Shown here piece after piece: positions 26,385 through 38,780 of a stretch of DNA of 64,000 nt. Made by a program: the position numbers and the translations under genes. Position 1 is the stretch's first letter. Every line of letters starts with the position of its first letter. Source of the stretch: Squalus acanthias (Eukaryota); the NCBI GenBank assembly GCA_030390025.1, contig CM059432.1, positions 26,228,001 to 26,292,000 of the forward strand. Direction: 5' to 3'. The notes under the pieces were generated by a model. The model saw only the letters and a list, made by a program, of their open reading frames with translations, was not told the origin of the DNA and did no database searches.

Positions 26385-26800
26385 AGTGTTAGACATGGCT
26401 CAGTGGTAGCAAGTTTGCCTGAGTTAAGCAGGTTGTGGTTTCAAGTCCCACTCCAGGGACTGAAGCACAAAATCTAGGCTGTCACTCCAGTGCAGTACTG
26501 AGGGAGGGCTGCACTGTTGGAGGTGCTGTCATTTGTCTGTCATCTCAGGTGGGCTTAAAAAGTACCATTGCACTATTTAGAAGGGAAGTTCTTTCCGATG
26601 TCCTGGCTAATATTTATCCCTCAATCAACATCACTAAAAGAAATTATCTGGTCATTATCCTACTGTTTGTAGGATCTTGCTTTGCGCAATTTGGATACTG
26701 CGTTTCCTACATTACAACAGTGACTACACTTCAAAAGTACTTAATTGGCTATATAGCACTTTGGGACACCCTGATGTCATGAAAGGCAAGTCTTTTTTTT
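26385..26800 (+). mobile_element. DeuSINE (SacSINE1-like), near full length
   Basis: tRNA-like head (TGGCTCAGTGG, GGTTTCAAGTCCC), GTGCAGTACTGAGGGAG, Deu-type core and tail. Confidence 0.78.
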
Positions 26801-27044
26801 AAGTCTGCATCCAAAAAACCATGAAATTAAGATTCATTCAACACTTGGATAGATTTCACTTAGCATTATGTACAAATTTGGTCTACTTTAAATATACCAA
26901 CTGTTATGCACTTCTAAAGGAAATGGCAAGTTAGAATTGTTCTGTGTTCTCATCCACACAAAGTTCCACTACCCATTATCCCAGACCTTTCCAAGCTCCA
27001 CTACCTTTTCATGTACCAATGAGTTAAAAATTTGTGTGATGTTA

Positions 27045-27320
27045 AAGTGAGGCTCTTTCAGGTGGACATAAAAGATCCCTTGGCACTATTTGAAGAGCGG
27101 GGGAGTTCTCCCGGTGTCCTGGCCATAATTTATCCCTCAACCAACATCACTCAATTAGAGTATCTGATCATTATCTGGACCTTGCTTTGCACAAAGTCAC
27201 TCCTGTATTTTGTCTACATTACATCAATGATTACACTTCAAAAGTACTTCATTGGCTGCAAAAGCATTTAGCATTTCCAGAAGTTGCAAAAGGTGCTATA
27301 TATATGAAAGATCATTCTTT
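27045..27320 (+). mobile_element. DeuSINE (SacSINE1-like) fragment
   Basis: CAGGTGGACATAAAAGATCCC...TTATCCCTCAACCAACATCAC...CTTCAAAAGTAC. Confidence 0.75.
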
Positions 27321-28306
27321 ACGCCTCTATTGGGGCTCCCTTATAAATAAGTCAGTATAAAATTACATTTTCGCAATTGCATTTTACTGTGTTTTGATAT
27401 GGTACTGCAAGATTACTTTTACACTTACAAGTTCCTGCTCTCATTATTCTTTTAAGTGGTGACATTCAGAGCATTTCTATGATAATGAAACTCCATGCTC
27501 CAACACTATATTAAATTTGGAAAGCAGCAGTACTTAAAGGATATTATATAGCATTGATCCCTGTTCTACTCCTCTTTTCTTCCTCCCCAACCTTCAACAA
27601 AATTCTACCACACAAACCCCCCTCCCCCCACTACTGTTTTTACTCCTACTTGCTGTAGCTTGGGAATAGACTAGACTCAACATGCAATGGGACTGAAATG
27701 CATTCAGTGATCCCTTGACAGTCTGACAGTCACACTCCCACTATTGCTATGATGAGCTGGTTTCAGTTTCTACAAAACTATGTTAATTTTGAGTCACATT
27801 GTGGTCAACCAGCACTATACTGAAGATCTGTTTTAATAATATAATACAGGTGTTGAAAGTAATTTCAGAGTCCTAAACAGTCTGACAATCATGTACATGA
27901 CAACACAAGAACAATTTAATACAGAATGTTCTGAACAGTCACTTCTAGCACTAGATTTATTTAATGTATTAGCTGATCTCCCTTTGGCATTGCTCACAGG
28001 TAGTCTGATTTCTGCGGCATGGTTTTGAGGTTTTATTGCTAAGATAGAGTTGTGTTGAATCTGTCCTACCCCTTTAAAGGCAACTACTCCTCACCGTTAT
28101 TGGAAAATGGGCACACTATGCACATCCCGAGATTAATTAGAGCATAACTATTGAAGAAAGCTGCCATAGACTGCCAACTGATTTTTAAAGCAAACAAAAA
28201 TATATTATACAAAAATCTTATTCTTTAATGCTGTAGAATTTGATTTATATGATGATCTTAATTCATCAACTCAAATTATTACCACTACAGACCCATAAGC
28301 ATAGTG

Positions 28307-29065
28307 CAGTGTTCTCCAATAGATTAGCCACTAGCCACATGTAGCTAATTGAGAATCAAGATGTGGCTAATTGCATTTTTGATTAGTAAATGAAAGTGAG
28401 TGATAGACGCCGTTACTGGGCATGTGGTCTCAATATTCACAGTTCCATAATATATGCATATGTACTTTAACCCTTTTATCCATTTCTTGGTAAAATGGTA
28501 AAACAACAAGTATTCTTTGTAATGTGTGCTTTACCTCCTCGGTTACTGCTTATTGATTTTCCGCTAAAATGGTGTTTAACATGAGTAAAAACACCGGACT
28601 TCAGCACCATGGAAACACTGGATAGAGAGTTCAACCAGCTGGAATAACTGCTCCAGACCAGCAGAAGAAAGCAAACCCAACCAATAACAAGCAGCTCCAG
28701 CAAAGCATGTCATGGGAAAGGGCAAGCACCATCCAACTGCGTTCTGGATGAAGAGTAAAGACAGGTCTGGCGCATCTTGTTGTGCGAGTCAACATTCTCA
28801 GCAATCACTCTGATGAAGTTAAAGTGCTGCTTTGCTAAAAATCCTAGAAGCTACACTAAGATCAGCTGTGTCTGATAAATTCATGCCAGAATTCCAAACT
28901 TTGGTGAAAGAGAAAGACTGCAAAGTTTTGCAAGTAAATCTACACATGAAGTACATTTACCTGCATTATGCATTAAGGTGTTTTCTACTAACAGTGCATG
29001 TGGTTAAAAAGGTGTTGGCATAGCCATGCTTGTAGCTAGTCAACAATTTCTACGGAACAACACTG
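28307..29065 (+). mobile_element. Old hAT-Charlie (Charlie1/MER3-like) deletion derivative
   Basis: TIRs CAGTGTTCTCC / GGAACAACACTG; subterminal TAGCCACTAGCCACATGTAGCTA; transposase C-terminal remnant LEATLRSAVSDKFMPEFQTLVKEKDC; degenerate 8-bp TSD GCATAGTG / TCTTAGTA. Confidence 0.7.
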
Positions 29066-31037
29066 TCTTAGTATTAACATAGCTGCAAAATGCTCTTTCC
29101 AGACATATTTGGAAGGCCAAAACCTGAAAATGTACAGTTCAAGCACATGTAGCTGGAAAATTTCACATGCTCATTATGTTTTACTGAAGACTTGGTGACA
29201 TCACAGCAGGAAGTTCGACACAAAATGTTTGCTTCCAGACTATCTCCAAGTAGCAGTTCCAAAACAAATTAACTCCCTTCAAGATATTTAGGATTATGCA
29301 ACAATTCCATAAAGAATGCTTCCCTTAATAATGTTTATTATTACAATTATAAATCAAGCTAAGTCAACCGTACAAGCTCCAGACATTCTTACTGGAGTGG
29401 TAGCAAACAGAATAATGAATATTGAAATTACATATCCACAAAAAATTATCACAGTAACACAGAATGCAAGAGTTTATAAGCATAAAAAAGCCTCGTCTTT
29501 GACAAACTACTAAGCTCATGTTGACTTCTAGTAAAGCACATCTACCTGACGTGACTTGAGTGTTTGTGTCAGGGAGCTAATAGCCTTCTCACAGAGGATG
29601 GTGCTTAAACACCCAAAATTAATATAATTTTATTCATTTAAATAAGCCCATAAGCTTGATGCAGAAACATAAGCCCAATTCAAGCAGTTATAATAAATTT
29701 CATTTCATACTGTGGCTGTAATATTTGCATTTACTGGTTTCATAAGACTAATTTCAAGATTAGACTAGGTTTTAAATATACACTAACAGGCCATGGCTTG
29801 AAATGAATTCTTATTTATACGGCAAAGATCTTTCTATGCAATATGCAAGTGCTAAAGACTGTTATTTCTCACAAATGTATACTCAAATCTCAAACCTCTG
29901 GAGTGCTTCTCTTACATTATTCGGTACATTGAATTATCTCAGCTGAACTGGGTCCTTTATAAAACCATTAGGCTCTGAACCAGGTACTGGAGATCTGCTT
30001 TGCAAAAAACTACATGCGCAATGCCTTTGCCAAAGCTTGCTGTTTCATCTAGTCATACTCTCACTGTTCCAACTGCATTTTGCTCTTTCGCCTCGCTCTC
30101 ACACAAACTCATATTTTGCTTACTCGCCAGTAAGTTAGCTCCCTGCATGTCCCAAGAAAAAATTATGCTGCAAAAATCTATCCCTTGCTAAAGGCATAAG
30201 AGATTTCATGGCAGAGTCCCTTTTCATACCAATAAATGTTTTTAAATAACCTCACTAGACACGTCTGCTAGCTGTAAATCAGTATTACTAAAAAAAACTT
30301 TAGTCACGTAGCAGCCACTTGCTCCTGAAGCGGCCACATTTTTGAAAAGTCAGCAACAAAATTCACTCAGCCTTCCTCTATGCATGGTTATCAGATCAGG
30401 TTTAGGTTAGCATACAGAAAATGATTATCCAGAAAATCTGAATAAACTCAATCATAATAGCAGTGTGAGGGCAACCATAAAAGATGCTGAAGCCTATTAG
30501 ATAACTGATAGCAAGCATTAAGCAAGCATTAAGGACCAGGGACACAAAAGCTGTTTTTATACTGGTAACAATAGAGTGTTTGCAATACCTGTTTTCAAAA
30601 AAATGGGGCCATGCACAGCTTACCTCAACCCCAATGAAAAACTACCAGATTCAGAAAAATCTGTTTTATCCAGACACTCTTGAAAATTGCAGTCTCTGCT
30701 TAATAAATGAAGAACAACTTTTTAATTTTTTTTTGCCAAATTGGGTTTGGGTGGTGCAGAGATTTAGCATTCTCGCTTTCCTTTCCAGGACTGGAATTGA
30801 AGTCCAGGCTGTGATAAATGTCTCCTCTCACAACTGGCTGCAAGGCATTCTAATTAAAATGAGTTTGTGCATTCTCAACCTAGTTCCCAGTTGGCACAAA
30901 CCATCACCAACTGCTCATAATTTGGCAGTTTCAAGCAGAGAGACAGAGGACAGTTTATCGGTGAAGTGGAAAATTTCACACTTTAAAAAAAAGTTATTTA
31001 AACTACAAATCATAACAGAATAAAATGGTAAATATAA

Positions 31038-31126
31038 CATAGAAACATAGAAACATAGAATCTAGGAGCAGGAGTAGGCCATTCGGCCCGTCGAGCCTGC
31101 TCCGCCATTCAATACGATCATGGCTG
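31038..31126 (-). mobile_element. Short 3' tail insertion of the HE1 SINE / HER1 LINE family
   Basis: Reverse complement matches ~17400-17490; (CATAGAAA)n tail; TSD ATATAA (31032-31037, 31127-31132). Confidence 0.85.
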
Positions 31127-34100
31127 ATATAAAATTTATAAAACATAATAAATGTTGAAATACTGTAATAATTGATGGCAACATAAAATAAAGCACAGGA
31201 TATTATTGTTAGAACTCTGAAAACACTGAAGAGCTATCAAATACAGAGCCTGCAAACAACTGAGGGGGGAAGATTCCACATACCACAACTTGAATAAAAG
31301 ATCAATTGACAATCTGTGATTTATGATCTTGCTGCACATCTTCATGGTAAGGGATTATTTATGCGAGTTTGGCTATTTGCTGGGAGCTCTAAATGTATTG
31401 CATCAGTACTGGCAGTCCTCCAGAAGATAACACCTTGACCAGACTGTGTGCAGAACTGAGCTGGCTACAGCAGAAAATCCCCTAAAGGAGATATCATACA
31501 CCCATCTTCCAATAGTTGAAGCAGATATCTGTGAAAAGCTGTACTTCCATCCATGTTAATTATATGGGTTAAGACTTGTTCTTGTAGCAGAGTTGAAGAA
31601 GTTTTCTGACTACTTTATGCTGGCTTTGGGTGCTCAAGTGGAAAAATGCTCCATTCCTCATCACCTGATAATCATTAAAAAAAAAACACCAAAAGTAGAA
31701 AAGAAGCCGAATGCCAATAGTCACTAAGTTTCAACAGTCAGAAGGCATTTCACTTAAATCAAACAAACATTCAAGTGCTGCATAATCACACTAAGACACT
31801 GCACATATGTATTTCATCACTTACTCATATAGCTGCCATCCATGTGTCATATTCCTGAGCTCTTTTGCAGAACAAAATAAGTGTGAAAATGTATTCCAGA
31901 GTTTTATTTAACAACAATGAAATACATTTTCCTTGGCTGCCTTCAGAAACTGGTCTGAGGAAGCTTGTTGTTAGCCCAAATGAAGGCTTAACCAGAAAGG
32001 TACAGCACAAATATTTGTTTTGCTATTCTCAGTGGTATAATAAGGTAACAAGAATACTCTAAGGGGTAAGACGAGTCATGACAAAATAAAAGCTCTACCC
32101 TACCCCCTACTGTAAAACCTTTCGAAGTACAGCTGTGCAGAAAACAGCAAGACGAACAGCCTGCCTAAACAAACCAAACCAGTAGTATTATACTTTATTG
32201 CCCATTACACAGCTGTGGCATGAGATGGTCAATGAAACATAGGGATTTTATTTAAAAAAAATATTTATTCAGTGACAATTTACTACCATTGTGTGTACCC
32301 ACAAGAATATAAAGGCTATTCGCTCCTTAAAAGGGTCATTTTTGATTCAACTTTCTAATCTTAATTTTGATAAAGTGCCTTTATAAAGCCGTGATAGAAG
32401 CGGATGCGTTTCTGAAGGATGCCACAGAAAATTCATAGAATATAAAGGGAAACGAAAAGTGAAATTAAGGAAGATTTTTTTCTTTCTAAACATACTATAC
32501 AAAAATAGAGCACAGTAATTTTAAAAACTAAAAAGCAATTCAAAGCCACAACTAAAAATGAATGAACATTTGTGAAAGGGGCGGGGGGGAAAGCAGCCAA
32601 CATTCCTGATGTGCCTGCCAAAACCAAAATACAATTTAATGCCTATCTAAACCAACTGCAGAACCATCACAAGGCAATTTCAAGGGTCTGTTCCTAATGA
32701 ATTTCATGGCTGCAATATCCCTATTCATTGGCCCTAGAACCCCAACTTCAAAACTAAACATACTGTTCAAAAGCCAAACAATGTATTTTAATTCCAGGGT
32801 TCAATTTCAACACAAGCACGTTTTTAAAGCCTAACTGTCTTGTTCAATGTTATTAATCCTTTTCTAAATTACATAACAAAACAGTTTTTAAAGTCAGTTT
32901 TCAGGATCCTGCATACGCCTGTACAGGCTTTATAGGCAATAATTACATTATACTGTAGTTTAATAGATATGTCTATTCAATCAGCTTACTCTTGTGGACA
33001 GAGACTTAAACAAAGCAGGTTTTAGCATACTGGGAAATAGCTACAGTATTCAAAACCTTAAAAATTTCTAATGCCAATGAAAATGAAGCTCAAATTATTT
33101 ACACAAGAGCATATTCAGCACCTACGAGTTGATTGCTTCATGTATTTGATCTGCACCACGAGCAATTTTTGTAGTCCATTTTAGGGAGACAACAGGCTTT
33201 GAACTACCCCAAGCTTGATGGATGATGGTCATCAAATAGCTTTTAAAACAAACTTCACATAAAATTTTACTGGACATTTCTTAAGTATTGAAATCCCCTC
33301 TGGCACTTTACAGCAATACAGTCCTTAAAGAGAACATATATAAGCGCAATAAAATAAAATATCTAATCGATTAGGATAACAAACGTCAAATCAGTGGTTG
33401 AATGGCAGGAGACTACATTCCTGAAACAACACAATTAATTACAAAATTAGTTGAAAACTTCTAACGCATCAGCTGCTTATATTCCCTGCAGCAAAACTCT
33501 TGTGGTTGCTAAACTGAAGTCATTATGCATGGCTCATCCATTTCCCATTGGAAAAATTATCTTTTCAAGACTCTCTCTGGCCATTAGACCAATGACAACA
33601 TTATAATAGCTTGATTACCTTTACAGTTACATTGAATATTCCATCAGATTTTATGATGGAATTGAGAACAGGAAACTCTTCAGCCATGTCACCCATTTCA
33701 ATACAAAATAAACCACGCTGGAATTTGCAGTGTAACCATTATTAGACAGGTAGTGACAATCCCTGAGCTATCATCAATGAGCTTGTTAATGAATACAATG
33801 TTTTACTACAAATTAATGCCAATTCTCACTAAAGGATCACTCGGATTCCATAATCCACTAAACAAGGTAATGAATATTCCTGTGTGGAGTTGTATGCTAG
33901 AATAGGGAACTGAGCTAATTAAAGCACTCACGGCAAGGTCCTTTTCTACTGATCAGTCTGTTCATTACCATATATTGAATAGTTATTAAGGTCTAAAAGG
34001 AGGGAGCCTTAACGTAATACTCAGCTGAATTTTCAAATTTAATAGCACTCATTCAATAATGGTAGTCAGTTTGCAAAGTCCCTTCATATGCGTAGCTTTC

Positions 34101-37100
34101 GCTCTACTGCTAAAACCGATTTTGCAAGGTATGCCATGTGTGAAATGTATTGATTCCACCTCTCCCAAATTAAAGCATTCAAAACGACTATCCGTTGATG
34201 TACCGCAAAACACGTGCACAAACAATTAAATTTGAACATCTCTTAAAGATGTTTTTTGACAAAAGTGGAAAAAAACACAAGCAATAATTGATCGGCATAT
34301 TAGGAAATAATTTCAAAAATCATTCAGGCCACATGAAACAGCTAAATGAAACTAGAAAACAGTTCTGCACAGCAGACTACTGACTTCATTAGGACGAATA
34401 CAGTCACCCGCAGTTCAAAGGCTAAGCCATCTTTTTCATTTTTTTGAAATAAGGTTCCTTTCCCTGAATTGCCAAATACTCAAATATAGAACAGAAAGAA
34501 ATTCAAGCAACAGAGCACTTCAATATCTGGGTCCACAAACTGAAATCACCACAATAAACCAAACAAGAATATAAACAATATTACAGCCCCTCTCTTAATA
34601 CAACTGCAGAATCATTTGGAACTGTCATGACACTACTGCTGTGTTTACTTCAACAATATGGGCTTTTAAAGAGCATTGAAATCCAGTCAGCTGGCTGATC
34701 AGTTCACTTATTTGCATAATATAAAAGTTTAGCATATTCATAAATTGTAATCACTTATGTGGTAAATGTACAGTGTTAAATCAGCACAAATTCATTATCT
34801 AATCCAAGCACAGAATTCCAATGCAAAATTCCTGTTCCTGATATCATTACAGATTTCTTGATCTATATAGTATTTATCAACATCTGTCTGCACAATGAAA
34901 TTCACAGGGTTATAGAAGTAGTTCTCATTTTAATCAAAATTCCATCTCCTCCGATGATAATACAGAATGCATCTACCAGGAGCATGAAACAAGTTATCAG
35001 GTTCCACTGTATTTTCCAATGTTGAAGATCATCAGTATAACAAGTTCACAAAACAAACTTTGTGAACTTTTTACAGTATCAAACACATACCACATCCATG
35101 CATGCTTACAAAATATCACTAGCTATTTGTGAAAGCAGATAACCATGCACTTAAAGGACCAGGTTATCAATTTCAGGTCAGCTCGATAAATAAAAGATGC
35201 AAAGTCTGCACAGGCAATTTTAGTGTTGTGAAATAATCAGATTGCATCTGTTTTCCTTTCGCTACCAAGCTGCTACAAAACTTGGGTTTTAAGATTATCA
35301 CTCATATTCAGCACGGTGTAGTCAGCAGGTATTGAAATGGTTATTCAAATACATAATTTAAAAAAATGATGTTTTTGTAAATATACATAGTAGTTAAATT
35401 TTGTCTTAAACATATAAAAGTGAATATTTTCCTTCTATCCTTGCCAAAGTAAATGCTGCAAGAATTTGAGACAATAGTCATCTGATAAATTGCTGTTGGT
35501 GGCAGCACATGTGCAGTTTAAACACTTCAACGCCCTTGAATTGCAAGGCTACTTTTCCATATTTAAATGATTTGACTATACATTTTATTTTACCCTACAA
35601 CTATGAATTCCAAGTCAGTTCAAAGTATGTAAAACAGCCAATACAGTGGCATGTGAAGTCAAATGACACGCTCCTCCCTTTTTAATGCAAGCACATCAAT
35701 CTTCTTTGCACAAAATCCCACATTCAAACTAAACATTTAAAGTTACTTAAATATCTTGTGTTCAACTATAAAACAATTTTCACAAGAACATATTAGTATC
35801 TGAAGAAGTTGTCACAATGTAGTTTCAAGTTCGGTCTGACGAAGTTGCATTGGTATTGCGAAGATGCAGCAGGAAGCAGCTCTGACTCCAGCAGCAGTGC
35901 CTTAATATAAACAAGCCCAGTAGTAGTGCCTCCAGAGACAAAACGTATTGATTTCTCCCTACACTACTGGAAGCAAAGTGCTTCCAAAAGCAAATATAAA
36001 TGGGTGTCATTGTATGCTGCATGTTGCTATTTTGTTATGGGGGTGGGTGGGCAGAATGCTCACACTACATGCAAAGTCTGCAGCCAAAAATCTAGAAGTC
36101 CTGATAACTTCTGAACAAACAATCTGGGTGTTTAGTTACTTCACTGATGCTGCCACTGCTCTGAAATCTGCCTCACAATGTAGATGGGGTGAAATCCAGA
36201 GCACCAGCAGCCTCACATAAACACAACATAAAATAGTCACTATTGCTATTGCTAACAAAAATGTATGTCAAGCAAATACCCTGAGGAATTTTACACTCCT
36301 TTCCTCCCAGAAAAGCCCTAAATTGTGCAATCTTAATCTAACCCAGTCAGCAGAGGGTTTATACTTCCACTAAGAACTTGCAGTAATATACTTCCATATA
36401 AGAATTCAAATGCAGTAATGCAACACTATAGACAATGTGCCTATAAATCTACAGAGTTAAAGGTACATATACAAAATTTTGATTCGGTATGTTTGAAAGT
36501 TAAAAAGGATTGTCACTGCTGAGAAAGTTAAATATGGTGCTCAAGCCATTTGTATTTCGACGATAAACTTTAGGTCACTAGATTCCACACATCCCTCTAA
36601 GTTTGTGAAATCTTTAGCAAAATGCTAAAGATTTAAATAAGTTATATATCCATATTTCTCAATACATTTTGAATTTGTCTGAACTTGATTAATGATATTA
36701 ATAAATATACTACACATACAAATCCAAGATTCGTTTTTTTTACAGCCCACCATAAAAATATTGCACATTCAAGAGGTAAAGTGCCATTAACCATGGCCGA
36801 TCAACAATTAAAATATATCTAATTTAATTTTGCAGCTAATTACAATAAGACTTGATCAAATAACATCTTCATTATCATTTTCCCTCTGCCCCAAGAAGAT
36901 ATTAATTTTGCCTCAGGTTAACAGCTACTTTTTGACTCACTTATATGTAAACATTTTCGTACTGTGTGCTTTACTGTTTATCCATCTTTCAGGATGTCTC
37001 CAAAAGTACCTCTGAAGACACCAAAATAAATAATGAATCAATTAATATTGAAACCATCTGAGACCAATGGCAAAAGTAGTGCATCTAATTTTGTTTCTCT

Positions 37101-38003
37101 CTCCAAAGGATCCAGTTTTTAATCAGAACAAAAGGTTCTAATGAGGTTTGGCATTTCTTCAGGTTAAACAGGGAATTTAACCAGAGATGCATTATATATT
37201 AAAAGATAGACCTTTTAGACATATGCGGAACTCCTGAACTGCAACCACAGTCACTTTGCCTACATGAAATCTAATTTTATATTTTATAATATATATACAC
37301 ATGCACATTTATAACATACGTACATATATATTCTAAGGAAATTTTAAGACGAGGGAAAACTATTTCATAGAAGCTCACAGGACGAAAACACTGTAAATGT
37401 GCTGCACAATACAGTGAGGCTGAAGAATGATTCAACAGGAGTACATTAAATCCTCGGACATGACTAAAACTAAAACCACATCAACAGAGTGATTTAAAAG
37501 GACTCTTCCCAGTGGCAAGCATGGTTTTACAATATTTTTTGCCTGCATTCCGCGAAGCTACGTATAAATCTCAATCATGTGAGCTGCTTGAATAAAACTG
37601 TCTCCAAAAGAAAAAAAACATTAACCCTTGAAAATATATATTTTTAAAAAAAGAGCTAAAAAAAAATGTAAAAATCAAGACACGCATCCCTTGGATGGGT
37701 GATGAGAAATGTCTGGAAGTCAAGAGTGTAACTGAACTGACAGACAATGCAAAATAAATTACTTCAGTTGTTGAAAGAAAAATCATAAAAATCTCATTAA
37801 CTTGGGAACTTTTCCCATAAAAAAATATATATTTGAATGACCAAAAATAAGGAATAAGCTCCTTTTCAATCTGGTTTTTAATAAAAACTTGTTATGCCTT
37901 CTTGATTTTTTAATAAATTATTACAACACATCTGCTGTGAATTAAGTTATTCCTAAAGAAGAATAATTAGAAAGTTTATATATATATAATATTCTTCTTC
38001 TAC

Positions 38004-38094
38004 CTGCTGTCACCAGCCTGGTGGCATGGACGAAAGAAGGGTCCAGACTGTCCTTCTCGGCCATCAGCTCGGGCAAGTATTTCTCATCCTCCAT
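38004..38094 (-). CDS. KHDRBS2: First coding exon of a KH-domain/STAR RNA-binding protein (KHDRBS2/SLM-1-like; paralog assignment not certain)
   Basis: ATG at 38094-38092 gives [30 protein letters not shown], the QUA1 dimerisation motif of Sam68/SLM proteins. The exon has 91 coding nt and ends in a phase-1 donor (G|GTAGA at 38004/38003). The start-to-KYLPEL spacing and FVHA best match KHDRBS2. No exon 2 was recognised in 1-38000. Confidence 0.85.
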
Positions 38095-38339
38095 CCTGCA
38101 GCAAGGGGCGATGTGAGGGTTCTTTTTTAAAAATATATTATTCAATAATTATTTAAAACCAAAAAAAAATCAGCAAAAAAATGTCCCAACTCTGCCGTTG
38201 AATTACCGTGTTGGGTATATTTAATAATTTTGAAATATGTATGTAACATAGAGAAACGGTTCCGAAGGAGAGTAAAAGATCCCGGTCTGAGGTGTCAATG
38301 CCGCCCCGTGTCCCTCTACCGTTGATTTTTCTCACTCAC

Positions 38340-38780
38340 TCCTTTTCTTTCTCTTCTTCCCCCCCTTCAGGCGACAACGCAGATTATAAAGAGAGAGAAA
38401 GAAATCAAAAATAACCGTCCGCTGCCTCCCCGCGACCCCGCCCCCCTCGCACGCCAATTGGCTGAGCCCGCGTCACTCAAAAGCGTGTCTTTATTGCTAT
38501 TGGACAGCATTTGTCCGTCAATCAAACGCGCTTGACCTATCGTCTCACGGCTTTATTCCTCGTTTTCAAACGGCCTGCCTTGCCCGGCCAAGCTTTTGTT
38601 GTGGCAAGTGTTGTCCCGCCCCCTCCTCCTCCTGATCTGTCAATCATTCTTCTCGCCCCAGCCCCTTACTCCCCGCCGCCACTCTCCGCATCCTTTCGTG
38701 AGTGGGTTGGCGGCACGTCAATCAAAGCCGTCGCGCCGCTCCCTCAATGCCCTGGACCCATCTGCTTCCGCAAGGTAAAA
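38340..38780 (-). promoter_or_regulatory. GC/CpG-rich promoter of the KHDRBS gene
   Basis: CpG-rich patch in otherwise AT-rich DNA directly upstream of exon 1. It has GC boxes (CCCCGCCCC ~38436, CCCGCCCC ~38615), CCAAT boxes (CCAATTGG 38454-38461; ATTGG 38499-38503), TGATTGAC motifs and a TATA-like TTTATAA on the minus strand at ~38385-38391. Confidence 0.75.

Noticed and set aside
26688..26702. Minus-strand QYP(K)-like codons as the end of KHDRBS exon 2
   Set aside because: They lie inside a DeuSINE, with no flanking KH-domain sequence or splice sites.
30580..31023. 147-aa ORF in unique intronic DNA
   Set aside because: Non-ATG start, no recognisable domain, antisense to the host intron; compatible with chance.
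37942..38145. 67-aa ORF as a complete protein
   Set aside because: It starts at a TTG and reads through the splice donor; only 38004-38094 is the real coding exon.
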